From Candidatus Pacearchaeota archaeon (GTDB lineage: Archaea > Nanobdellota > Nanobdellia > Pacearchaeales > GW2011-AR1), in assembly GCA_016866975.1 (NCBI GenBank), contig VGKP01000009.1:1-32640 (forward strand): a DNA stretch of 32,640 nt, in the 5' to 3' direction. The notes under the pieces were generated by a model. That model was not told the DNA's origin. It saw only the letters and a program-made list of their open reading frames with translations, and did no database searches. The position numbers and the translations under genes are program-made. This document shows, in pieces, positions 8,310 to 17,505 of this stretch (position 1 is the first letter of the stretch; each line of letters starts with the position of its first letter).

Positions 8310-8382
8310 GCGCACGTGGCACAATGGTTACTGCGGTCGGCTGCAGCCCGACTTTTTCCAGGTTCAATTCCTGGCGTGCGCT
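8310..8382 (+). tRNA. trnC: tRNA-Cys(GCA)
   Basis: Acceptor GCGCACG/CGTGCGC, U73 discriminator; GTCGG-CTGCAGC-CCGAC; T arm CCAGG-TTCAATT-CCTGG. Confidence 0.95.
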
Positions 8383-8392
8383 TTTAAGGGGA

Positions 8393-8512
8393 ATGGAACA
8401 TGAACTACAAGAAAGAATTGAAGAGAACGCTGTTATCGAGATAAGCAGAGAAGAAGTTTATTCTATCCTGGCGGATTTGCAAAGTTTGAGGGAGATGGTT
8501 ATCAAAACTTGA
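8393..8512 (+). CDS. Putative 39-aa acidic small protein (MEHELQERIEENAVIEISREEVYSILADLQSLREMVIKT)
   Basis: AAGGGGA just before the ATG; purine-rich coding-like composition. Confidence 0.4.
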   Translation: MEHELQERIEENAVIEISREEVYSILADLQSLREMVIKT

Positions 8513-9263
8513 CAAACAATGCAATATAAATTGTGATTGCTACAATTATACTTACTATTAATACCAAGAATGATAAGACTACAAGAGTTTTGTTTATTGT
8601 ACTATCGCTTTTCCATTGTATTTTGCAATAAAATACCAGCGAATAAATAAGCATCAAAATTAAGATTATATTTACAATTGGGAAAAACGAGAAAAGTAAA
8701 ACTACAAAACTTAAAATAAGTATGGAAAGCGCCCTTAAAGAAATAAAGAAATTATTTATTCTGAATGGAATGCCCAAGTACCAGGGGAAATCATTCTTGC
8801 CGACAGTTGGTTGAACGTATCCTCTTGGATCAACATGATAGCCCAGATTTTTACCTTTTACGTTCTTTCCTCTTATATCAAACTCTGTTTTAAATATACC
8901 CTTTGGTTTCTTGATAATTGTATACACTATCTTGTATCTTCCAGGGGTGCTTGTATCAACCTTAGAGGTAATATTATATCCCATCATATACGCAAAGTAG
9001 TATTCTGGTAGCACTATTGCTTTGAGAACTCCATATACTAGTATTATAATACTCAAAACAATAATTCCGTACCACCTAAGAAAATGGCTAAAGCCGCTAA
9101 GAAATAATGCAACAAGACTTGAGCCAAATAGAAAAAGAAAAGTGGCTTGGCGGATTATAGAGCCCTTATAAGAGATATTGGTTTCAAGTACTAGCTTATC
9201 TTTACTTCTCTCTACTTTAGAAAAAAGCCAAACACGATATAGTGCTTCTTTGAGTGAAGGCAT
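8502..9263 (-). CDS. Hypothetical integral membrane protein (about 5-6 TM segments with a soluble loop)
   Basis: 253-aa ORF with several hydrophobic stretches. Confidence 0.75.
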   Translation of the reverse strand: MPSLKEALYRVWLFSKVERSKDKLVLETNISYKGSIIRQATFLFLFGSSLVALFLSGFSHFLRWYGIIVLSIIILVYGVLKAIVLPEYYFAYMMGYNITSKVDTSTPGRYKIVYTIIKKPKGIFKTEFDIRGKNVKGKNLGYHVDPRGYVQPTVGKNDFPWYLGIPFRINNFFISLRALSILILSFVVLLFSFFPIVNIILILMLIYSLVFYCKIQWKSDSTINKTLVVLSFLVLIVSIIVAITIYIALFVKF

Positions 9264-9555
9264 GAAGTTTAGTTGAAAGTATACTATTTAATCTTGCCGA
9301 ATTGAAGTTGGAGAAAGATATAAATACCTGCTTGCATAGAGCATCATAAGCCTATGTAGCTATTCTTAGCTAAAATTCACTATCGACATGAAGTCCTATG
9401 CCATTCCACACTTGAGTCTGGCGTGCGCTTATTGCCTTTTGGTTAATTTGAGTGATGTTGTCTGTGAAGCATATTAATGAGTTAGGAACAAGCGAGAGGT
9501 TTGGGACAAACAGTTAAGAAATCATTAAAAAGCTAGAACTTCTAAGAAAGTTAAG

Positions 9556-10248
9556 ATGGTGAAGAGGACTTTCAATACTTTGTTTATGCTTTGTTCTATA
9601 GATGGTAAAATATCTACAGGAAACATAGATTCAAGAGATGTTGACAAAGACTTTCCTAAAATAAAAGGCATTTCAGAAGGATTAAGGCAGTACTATGAAT
9701 TAGAAATGAGAACAGACTCACATTCTTTTAACACTGGGCGTGTGATGGCTAAAATGGGAATAAATAAACCTAAAGAGATTATCAAAAAGTTACCTGTGAG
9801 TTTTATTATTGTAGATAATAAACCCCATCTCAACAATATGGGTGTAAATAATTTATTAAAAAAATGTAATATCTTGTATATTGTAACGACAAATAAGAAA
9901 CATCCAGCTTTCAAAGTAAAAGAGGATAATCTTAAGGTTATTTTCTATAAGGGCAAAGTAAATCTTTTTGACTTATTCTCCAAGTTAAAAACAGAGTATG
10001 GAGTTGACAGAGTGACAATTCAGTCTGGGGGAACAATGAATGCTTCTCTTATAAGAGAGAGACTGATTGATGAGGTTTCTTTGGTAGTTGCTCCCGCGAT
10101 TATTGGAGGAAAAGATACTTCTACCTTAGTCGATGGAGAATCACTATGTTCGGAAAAAGATTTGCTTAAGATAAGACCCTTAAGAATAAAGGAAGTACAT
10201 AAACTTGAGAATTCTTTTATTCACTTAGTTTATCAGGTAATAAATTAA
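9556..10248 (+). CDS. RibD C-terminal / dihydrofolate-reductase-like reductase
   Basis: MLCSIDGKIS, VTIQSGGTMNASLIRERLIDEVSLVVAPAIIGG. Confidence 0.88.
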   Translation: MVKRTFNTLFMLCSIDGKISTGNIDSRDVDKDFPKIKGISEGLRQYYELEMRTDSHSFNTGRVMAKMGINKPKEIIKKLPVSFIIVDNKPHLNNMGVNNLLKKCNILYIVTTNKKHPAFKVKEDNLKVIFYKGKVNLFDLFSKLKTEYGVDRVTIQSGGTMNASLIRERLIDEVSLVVAPAIIGGKDTSTLVDGESLCSEKDLLKIRPLRIKEVHKLENSFIHLVYQVIN

Positions 10249-10259
10249 ATTTTGTCTAT

Positions 10260-10484
10260 TTATTCCCAATGCCTTTCATCATGTCCGCTCCTTTCAGGCC
10301 ATTGATTGAAGTAAGCCTCTCTTCTTCTTTGATAAGCATCATCATCTTCTAAGGCATATTTTAATCCATTATAAGCACTCATTAAACCATCCAGGTTTTT
10401 ACTTTCTAATTTTAATCCACCCTTAATTCTTTCAGCAATAAAGCCTTGGCGATTCATTAAGATCTTATAATTTATACACTTCAA
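10260..10484 (-). CDS. Small hypothetical protein (start may be 10457)
   Basis: Charged, protein-like sequence; ends 11 nt from the convergent reductase stop. Confidence 0.55.
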   Translation of the reverse strand: MKCINYKILMNRQGFIAERIKGGLKLESKNLDGLMSAYNGLKYALEDDDAYQRRREAYFNQWPERSGHDERHWE

Positions 10485-10749
10485 AATCTAAAATAGATAA
10501 ACAATTCTTGAGCCATATAAATAATATTCTTGATATGCTCAGATCTTCTTCTAACAATATAGATAAATTATTGGAGATAAAGAAAAGAATTTTCGAATTA
10601 CAAAAATCAGTCATAAAAGCTAAAAAAATAAAGATAATTCAGTTCTTGCATCAATATTACTTTTAAAAAACCTTAAACAATTATTTGAGATTACACTGGC
10701 ACAGAATGTCAAGAATATCTCTGAAAAGTTAAGCTAGCTTTAATTTCAA

Positions 10750-11055
10750 TTAAAAAAATTTCTTGTACAATTCCTGTGCAGATGGTTTTCCAGTTAACAA
10801 AGAATCTTTCACTGCAAATAACTGCTCTTTATCAGTACATCCCTTTCCTTGAGCCAACTTATCACAAAGAAACATTAACATTACTTCTTTCTTTAAGCCA
10901 GTTCTATTTAATTTTGCCTTTAATTTTTCACAATACTTTAAAAAATCTTTAAAGGTAGCAGCTTTTCTCATTAGTTTTATGTTTTCCATAGGCAGATAAT
11001 GGGCACCCACTAGTTTGGCAATCTTCTTTTGATTAAGATTGTTTATGGAAGACAA
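10750..11055 (-). CDS. Small basic hypothetical protein, start uncertain
   Basis: ORF track; C-terminal two-thirds look coding (MENIKLMRKAATFKDFLKYC...). Confidence 0.45.
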   Translation of the reverse strand: MSSINNLNQKKIAKLVGAHYLPMENIKLMRKAATFKDFLKYCEKLKAKLNRTGLKKEVMLMFLCDKLAQGKGCTDKEQLFAVKDSLLTGKPSAQELYKKFF

Positions 11056-11285
11056 AATTGATGAAGATAGCGAATATAAATTTGAAGATGAAGAAGAATC
11101 AGCTGCAGATGCTCTTGATACTGCTATTGGTGTAAGCAGAGAAACAAAACGTTATTTCTCCACCAAGCCAACACCATTAAAAATCCTCCAATTAAGAATG
11201 CAAATCCAAACAACCAGCTCCAAGACATACTTTATTTACACATCATCACCAGATGCCTCAAACGAGGGGTTTTTAATGTGTGTTT

Positions 11286-12530
11286 CTAACTTAGTGCTAC
11301 CACAAAATCGCAGACATTTGTCCCTGTTTTTCCTGTGATAATGAGGCCATTAAGTTTTTTAAGAGCATGATAGGAGTCGTTATTAGAGAGATAGTGTTTA
11401 AGATTGATTCTTTTCTTCTGTGCCCGTTCTTTTGTCATCTCATCCACAATGCCGCCGGCAGCTTCTACGATAAAGTCGATTCCATCTGAGGAACAGCTTG
11501 CAATTGTGCCTTTTTTGATATACATTGCTGCGGCTAAGGCGAGTTCCTGGTTTCTGCCTCCCTTACCTGTTCCTTTAACTGTGACCGTAGATTCACCTAC
11601 TGCGATGAGTGCCCTTTTCTTATTGATTTTTTGTGCAATATCTCTACCTATATTGCTCGCTTCTCCATGAAGCTGAGTTGTTAAGATTTTTGGGATATAT
11701 CCGAGAGCTCGCGCTTTCTTTTTCATAGCATCTGCTGCAGGGATGTTAGAAAGAAGAATGAGATTGGTCGTATTGTCTAGCAAGTGTTTAGGCGTCTCTA
11801 TGAAAGGCAAATCTGGAAGCAGGTACTTTTTTTGGATATGTCTTGCATCGTGAATAGTTGAGTGGTCAAGCACGGTAGGGCCTGAAGCGATAACTTGAAG
11901 ATCGTTCGTGATTACATCGCTGATGATTAGAGAAATAAGTTTTGCTGGATTAGCAAGCTGTGCAAGTTGTCCTCCTTTAATGCATGAAAGATGTTTACGG
12001 ACAACATTAATCTCCTGGATTGTTGCTCCACGATGCAAGAGATTTTTGTTGATATCGATTAATTGAGATAATGGAATTATAGGATCATCGAGCAATGCGG
12101 ATCCTCCTCCACTCATCAAGCAAATCACTAGATCTTCATGTGTTGCTGTATTGAGGAGGGTGATGATTTCTTGTGTTGCTTGAATATTTGTTTGTGAGGG
12201 AAGAGGGTGAGTACCTTGCACTACTTTTATTCTTTTGAGCTTTTTTGGTTGCGTGTCAATGACAATTCCTTGCGTGATTCTTTTTCCCAAAATTTCTTCA
12301 ATGGCTTGTGCCATGTCTCCCGAGGCTTTTCCTGCACCTACAATTAAAACTCTTTGAACATCTGAGAGGTCCCATGATATTCCCTTAATAGTTAAAATAT
12401 TTTTGATAAATGTTATATTGCGATGCATAGCCGGCTTAGTCATTACAGATTCCAGACCTGCATTAATTATTTTAAGAGTATCAATCCTGGTCTTCGAGGT
12501 AGCGAGCGATTTGAAATTTTTTATAATCAT
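11286..12530 (-). CDS. Glycerate 2-kinase, MOFRL family
   Basis: GAGKAS, GTHPLP, LMSGGGSAL, RKHLSCIKGGQLA, IASGPT, GKGGRNQELAL, KTGTNVCD. Confidence 0.92.
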   Translation of the reverse strand: MIIKNFKSLATSKTRIDTLKIINAGLESVMTKPAMHRNITFIKNILTIKGISWDLSDVQRVLIVGAGKASGDMAQAIEEILGKRITQGIVIDTQPKKLKRIKVVQGTHPLPSQTNIQATQEIITLLNTATHEDLVICLMSGGGSALLDDPIIPLSQLIDINKNLLHRGATIQEINVVRKHLSCIKGGQLAQLANPAKLISLIISDVITNDLQVIASGPTVLDHSTIHDARHIQKKYLLPDLPFIETPKHLLDNTTNLILLSNIPAADAMKKKARALGYIPKILTTQLHGEASNIGRDIAQKINKKRALIAVGESTVTVKGTGKGGRNQELALAAAMYIKKGTIASCSSDGIDFIVEAAGGIVDEMTKERAQKKRINLKHYLSNNDSYHALKKLNGLIITGKTGTNVCDFVVALS

Positions 12531-12532
12531 TT

Positions 12533-14164
12533 TCAGGATCTTTTTATATGTGACATTGCAAATCTCATGTTGCCATGAACTTTCTTTCCAGGGTTGAATA
12601 TATTATCCTTATCAAATATATTTTTGACATCTTCAAATAATCCCACTATTTTTCTTCCGAATTGCTTCTCTACATAGGAAGTTCTTATAAGACCATCATT
12701 ATGTTCTGCAGCTATAGTACCTCGATATTCCTTCACAAGATTAGTAAAATCTTTGAGAACTTTAGGTATCTTCTTTCTTTCTTCCTCTTTTTTAAGATCC
12801 ATAAGAGGGATTATATGGAAATTACCGTCTCCTACATGACCTGCAAGATTTGGTTGAATACCGTTCTTAATAAGAAGATCATAGAGCTTCGGGAGAAATT
12901 CTGAAAGATATTCTGGCTTAACACTAAAATCATCAACAAAAGGAGTAGCAGATTTTTCCCTTACTTTCTCCCTAAGTAAATTGAATGACTCCCTGCGCAT
13001 TATCCAGTATTTCTCTCCTTCTTGTTCGCTTTGCATAACTAGGTTATTTATTTTCAACTGATCAAGCTCCTTACCTAAAACATTTGCCCTTTCTTGAATT
13101 TCTTTTTCCTTATCTCCTGCTAGTTCTACCAATATGATAAATATTGGTAGACCATGGAGTAGAGTATTTTCAGCCTCTCTTCTTAATCCCCATAGAAATG
13201 AGATAATGTTTTGATGCACCTTTTTAGCAATCTCCGGGAAAAATCTGATCCCAAGGTCCATAGTGTTCTTATCAAAACTCTCCAGAGATTGAGGATGGTA
13301 CTTCTTAACCATATCTATTAAAGGAGTTATTTGTTTCAAATCTTTCAAGAATACGGCAACAAGTCTTGAGTGTTTGTCTTTCTTCACTACATCTATTTCT
13401 GCTTCTGTCCAGAGACCGATTGTTCCTTGAGACCCTACAAAAAGTTTCGATAGATCAAAAGTGCCTTTCTCTCGATCCCAGACTTTCCAGAGATAATAAC
13501 CACATGAATTTTTTGACACTTTTGGTTCTGCAGATCTAATAAGATCATAATTCTTCTCACAAAGATGAAATATCTTATTATATATCTGCCCTTCAAAGTC
13601 TTTCTTTTTTAATTTTTTATTCAATTCAAATTTGTCTAACTTTTTTAGCTCGTAGAAATTCCCGTCAGCAAGAATTACCTTAAGTTTTTTTACATGATCT
13701 ACTGTCTGCCCAAATGAAAGAGATTTTTCTCCTCCAGAATTATTCGCGATTATACCTCCCATAGCACAAATAGATTTGCTTGCTGGATAACTTGGGAAAA
13801 TAACCTTTATTTTATCTGCTTTCTTCTCAAAATTCCTGTAATATACTCCAGGTTGGACAATTGCAGTCTTCTTTGTTAATCTTTTTATCTTGTCAAAATA
13901 TTGAGTGAAACTGACAACCACTGATGTTGAGAGAGGACCCCCAGTCATGTCTGTACCAGCTGCTCTTCCCGTTAAAGATATGCCTGGATGTTTATTTGCA
14001 AATTCCACAAGGAATCTTAAGTCATTCTCATCTTTAGGGCAGACAACCACTTTTGGTTTTACTTCGAAAATAGATGCATCTCTGCTATATTTCTTGAGGT
14101 TCTCCTCATCTATAAGAACATCACCCCTAAGCCCTTTCTTTAATTCATCTATCCAATCTTTCAT
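12533..14164 (-). CDS. FAD-linked 2-hydroxyacid oxidoreductase (GlcD/D-lactate dehydrogenase-like)
   Basis: YSRDASIFEVKP, GRAAGTDMTGG, ANNSGG, GSQGTIG, GHVGDGNFH, AEHNDG, IFNPGK. Confidence 0.9.
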   Translation of the reverse strand: MKDWIDELKKGLRGDVLIDEENLKKYSRDASIFEVKPKVVVCPKDENDLRFLVEFANKHPGISLTGRAAGTDMTGGPLSTSVVVSFTQYFDKIKRLTKKTAIVQPGVYYRNFEKKADKIKVIFPSYPASKSICAMGGIIANNSGGEKSLSFGQTVDHVKKLKVILADGNFYELKKLDKFELNKKLKKKDFEGQIYNKIFHLCEKNYDLIRSAEPKVSKNSCGYYLWKVWDREKGTFDLSKLFVGSQGTIGLWTEAEIDVVKKDKHSRLVAVFLKDLKQITPLIDMVKKYHPQSLESFDKNTMDLGIRFFPEIAKKVHQNIISFLWGLRREAENTLLHGLPIFIILVELAGDKEKEIQERANVLGKELDQLKINNLVMQSEQEGEKYWIMRRESFNLLREKVREKSATPFVDDFSVKPEYLSEFLPKLYDLLIKNGIQPNLAGHVGDGNFHIIPLMDLKKEEERKKIPKVLKDFTNLVKEYRGTIAAEHNDGLIRTSYVEKQFGRKIVGLFEDVKNIFDKDNIFNPGKKVHGNMRFAMSHIKRS

Positions 14165-15120
14165 CTTTTTCTCTTGAGGACAGCTTTCACACTAGAAATT
14201 ATCTCTTTGCTAGTGCAGCCATATTTTTTAATTAACTCTTCAGGTTCTCCAGATTCTCCAAATGTATCCAATACTCCTACCATCTCAATAGGGACGGGGC
14301 AGCTTTTACCTAAGACCTCTGCGACTGCTCCTCCTAGACCTCCATTAATCTGATGCTCTTCTGCCGTCACCACCGCGCCACATTTTCTAGCCATTGAAGA
14401 GATTGTATCATTGTCAATTGGCTTTATAGAATGACAATTCATAACTGTAGCCTTAATGCCTTCTCTTGCCAAATCATCTGCTGCAATCAGAGATTCATAG
14501 ACCATTGTTCCACAAGAAATAATGCAAACATCAGAACCAGATCTATAGATATCTGCTTTTCCTATTTTGAAAGGAGTGTTATAGTCAGTAAATAAGGGTG
14601 TCTTGGTCCTGCTTAATCTTATGTAGACTGGGCCTTTTTTTGATGCAGAAGCTATCGTTGCCTTTTCGGCTTGAATACTATCGCAGGGGACTAAGACAGT
14701 CATGTTGGGAAGAACTCTAGTTATTGCAATATCTTCCAGTGCTTGATGGGTCGCACCGTCTCGACCAACACTTATACCTGCATGGGCGCCTTGTATCTTC
14801 ACATCCACATTGTTGTAGCAAATGCTTACTCTTATCTGATCCCAATTCCTTCCTGGGCTGAATACAGCATATGAACTCATGAAAGGAATCTTGCCAAGCA
14901 TAGCAAGACCCGCAGCTATACCTGCCATATTCTGCTCTGCTACTCCAATTTCAATGAATCTTTCAGGGAACTTTTTCTTGAACAACTCTACTCTTGTGGA
15001 ATCTGTCAAGTCACAGCATAATGCGACAACTTCCTTATTTTTCTCCCCTAATTTTACAAGGGCCCTCCCATATCCTTCTCTGGATGCTTCTTTCTTCAGA
15101 TTAGATAAATCAAGTTTCAT
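14161..15120 (-). CDS. Transketolase, C-terminal subunit
   Basis: IEIGVAEQNM, GRDGATHQALEDIA, GPVYIRL, AEEHQINGGLG, DTFGESG. Confidence 0.93.
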   Translation of the reverse strand: MKLDLSNLKKEASREGYGRALVKLGEKNKEVVALCCDLTDSTRVELFKKKFPERFIEIGVAEQNMAGIAAGLAMLGKIPFMSSYAVFSPGRNWDQIRVSICYNNVDVKIQGAHAGISVGRDGATHQALEDIAITRVLPNMTVLVPCDSIQAEKATIASASKKGPVYIRLSRTKTPLFTDYNTPFKIGKADIYRSGSDVCIISCGTMVYESLIAADDLAREGIKATVMNCHSIKPIDNDTISSMARKCGAVVTAEEHQINGGLGGAVAEVLGKSCPVPIEMVGVLDTFGESGEPEELIKKYGCTSKEIISSVKAVLKRKR

Positions 15121-16016
15121 TCAAGCATCCCACATTTATTTATAAGCAATTTGCATTTCTGAGAATCCCATTTTCTTAACTTGCATTCGTGCTCGCAAAT
15201 CTCATGCAGTGCCTTAAGTGCCTCGTCTTTTACAGGAACTTTTCCGTGCCATTCAAACCTTCTCTCCATAAAACTAACTCCTTTTCCAGGAATCGTCTTA
15301 CATATAATCATACTCGGTTTGCCTTTGCTTGCTTTTGCTTTTGAGAATGCTGAAATAATCTGCTTCATATTGTTGCCATCAATTACTTGCACATTCCAAT
15401 TGAAAGACTTTATCTTATCAGCTAGGGGTTCCAAAGGCATGATCTGCTCAGTATTGCCATCTATCTGGATGAAATTTCTGTCTATGAAGGCTATTAAATT
15501 ATCCAGTTTGTTTTTTCCTGCGAACATAAAGGTCTCCCAACATTGACCCTCATCGCATTCTCCATCTCCCATTGATAAAAACACTTTGAATCTTTTTTTA
15601 TCCATTTTGGCGCCATAGGCAATTCCTGCGGCAACTGATGATCCTTGTCCAAGAGGGCCCGTGCTGGTTTCTATACCTGGTGCAGAGTGTCTGTGAGGGT
15701 GACCTTGGAGAATCGAGCCTAGTTTTCTTAGGGTTTTTAGTTCTTTCATTGCAAAGTAACCTGATCTTGCCAAGACTGCATATAAGACTGGGCAGATATG
15801 TCCATTCGAGAGAATAAGTCTATCTCTGTCTTTCCATTCAGGATCATTAGGATTGTGGTTCATAACGTTAAAGTAAAGGGCGGTGAAGACATCAGCCATA
15901 CCTAATGGACCAGCGGAATGACCTGAACCAGCCTCCACTAGCATTTTTATTATGTCTTCTCGAATATTATCTGATAGAATTTCTAATTTTTTTATTTCTG
16001 TCACTCTCTTTATCAT
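15117..16016 (-). CDS. Transketolase, N-terminal (TPP-binding) subunit
   Basis: SGHSAGPLG, DRDRLILSNGH, LQGHP, TGPLGQG, GDGE...N TPP motif, WHGK. Confidence 0.95.
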   Translation of the reverse strand: MIKRVTEIKKLEILSDNIREDIIKMLVEAGSGHSAGPLGMADVFTALYFNVMNHNPNDPEWKDRDRLILSNGHICPVLYAVLARSGYFAMKELKTLRKLGSILQGHPHRHSAPGIETSTGPLGQGSSVAAGIAYGAKMDKKRFKVFLSMGDGECDEGQCWETFMFAGKNKLDNLIAFIDRNFIQIDGNTEQIMPLEPLADKIKSFNWNVQVIDGNNMKQIISAFSKAKASKGKPSMIICKTIPGKGVSFMERRFEWHGKVPVKDEALKALHEICEHECKLRKWDSQKCKLLINKCGMLE

Positions 16017-16123
16017 CGATTAGTCGTAGTATTTTTAATATATAAATGTACTCTTAATGTCCAAGTTATCAAGAGAAATAAATGTTGTCTACTATAATGT
16101 TACTTTCTATTAAATAATGTGAA

Positions 16124-16174
16124 GTCGAGAACCGACAAAAATATACCTTTCATGGTGTGATGGTTCCCGAGCAT
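16124..16174. repeat. Degenerate module A of the palindromic element
   Basis: GTCGAGAACCGACAAAAATATACCTTTCATGGTGTGATGGTTCCCGAGCAT aligns with 4681-4732. Confidence 0.75.
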
Positions 16175-16319
16175 AGCCAAAACCGGACGAGAAAATATGA
16201 GTACATAAAAAGTTTTGTATTGAGATTAGGAAGACATTTGCGTGTTGCCAAGAGAATAGCTGCAGAAACAATTGTTCACTTTAAGCATTGCCTATAAAGT
16301 TTGAAGTTTAAGTCCAGAG

Positions 16320-17171
16320 TTAAGAATTCCAAGGAGCAATGTCTGCTAAATTAGAGCTATGTTGAATGTGTTCTAGTATATTCTCTAGAATTTCTACATC
16401 CAATTCATGTCTAGGGTCATTCCTGTTTTTTTCCAACATGGCTCTTGCCTTAGCCTTGAGGAGATAAAATGGATGGGCACATTTAATCAAGACGTCTGGA
16501 GCAATCCTTGATCTGATACCCTCAAAATCTGTAACTTTGACTCTTATATTTCCTTCTGTAGATACGACTTCTAAGAAAGACGGGGGAACTTGTTTCTTTC
16601 CTTTCTCTAACTCATAAATTCCGTCTTCACGCTTTCTTACTCTCTCTCTTGTGGCAGTCTCTAGATGGTGAATATATACGTTCGCATACTCTCCAGAGAG
16701 TGCAGCCAATCTAAGATTTTTCCTTCCTATAGCCTCTTTGGCGTCCAATGTACTATACCCTTCAAACTTAGTATTTGGCAATACCTTAAACATTGTCCTT
16801 AATCTACCTACAAGATGCAGACCATATAATTTACCTGTCTCTACTATGCTCGGAAGATCATCTTCAAAACAAAGTAAGTCCAGAGCTGCATGATCCCTAT
16901 AAAAACCACCAACCATCTTTTGAATATTTTTTGGAACAAGATTGTATGAATCTCTCTGAAAAGTAGAAAGGATGTAGGCTATAGCATGGCCTCCCCCTAG
17001 ATAGATATTTTCATTTATCATCGGCTTTATAATGGAGAGAGCTTTTTGCCTTACCTCATCTATTCTTTCTTCAGTTATCTGGTCTTTTCTATTCTCTTGT
17101 CCAATAAGCCTAAGGGTTCTGTCATGAGATGTCGCCAGCTGTATCTCAGTCCGCGTATATGGGACTTTCAT
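16320..17171 (-). CDS. Hypothetical protein with nucleotidyltransferase-like motifs (AbiEii-like by pattern)
   Basis: YLGGGHA...DLLCF and LLKAKARAM...R..P.HELD; start moved to ATG 17171 because the longer ORF runs into the divergent Zn-finger gene. Confidence 0.55.
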   Translation of the reverse strand: MKVPYTRTEIQLATSHDRTLRLIGQENRKDQITEERIDEVRQKALSIIKPMINENIYLGGGHAIAYILSTFQRDSYNLVPKNIQKMVGGFYRDHAALDLLCFEDDLPSIVETGKLYGLHLVGRLRTMFKVLPNTKFEGYSTLDAKEAIGRKNLRLAALSGEYANVYIHHLETATRERVRKREDGIYELEKGKKQVPPSFLEVVSTEGNIRVKVTDFEGIRSRIAPDVLIKCAHPFYLLKAKARAMLEKNRNDPRHELDVEILENILEHIQHSSNLADIAPWNS

Positions 17172-17288
17172 AATAAAAGTCGATTTTTTATAGTTTATAT
17201 GTCTTTTTATTCCTTCAGAAATGACTAGCATAGATTTATAAGGATTCTCGTATCTTTTTTTAGGAGGAAAACGACAAGGGAGGTTATA

Positions 17289-17438
17289 ATGGCAACACAA
17301 GGATACTGCGTGAAGTGCAAGAAGAAAGTTGATATAAAGAATCCTGTAGAATCAGCTACTTCTAAAGGCACTAAAATCGCAAAAGGAAAATGCCCTAATT
17401 GCAGCACAACTGTATGCAGAATGGGCGGATTGAAGTAA
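17289..17438 (+). CDS. 49-aa CxxC...CxxC zinc-ribbon protein, DUF5679-like (not in ORF track)
   Basis: MATQGYCVKCKKKVDIKNPVESATSKGTKIAKGKCPNCSTTVCRMGGLK; SD-like GGAGG upstream. Confidence 0.85.
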   Translation: MATQGYCVKCKKKVDIKNPVESATSKGTKIAKGKCPNCSTTVCRMGGLK

Positions 17439-17476
17439 AAAACATACTTTTATTTTTATATTTTATTAATGGAAAA

Positions 17477-17484
17477 TTTAAATA
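17477..17484 (+). promoter_or_regulatory. BRE/TATA promoter for glyS
   Basis: GGAAAA-TTTAAATA, 21 nt before ATG 17506. Confidence 0.65.
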
Positions 17485-17505
17485 GGGTTTTCCCTGGGTA
17501 TAGGG

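Noticed and set aside
8324-8392. 5' extension of ORF 8324-8512
   Set aside because: It overlaps tRNA-Cys; only the part from ATG 8393 is plausible
9264-9555. Riboswitch (FMN or THF) upstream of the RibD-like reductase
   Set aside because: Only weak hairpins; no recognisable conserved aptamer motifs
17172-17300. N-terminal extension of ORF 16320-17300, and ORF 17225-17407 (-)
   Set aside because: Both overlap the divergent promoter region or the better-supported Zn-ribbon gene
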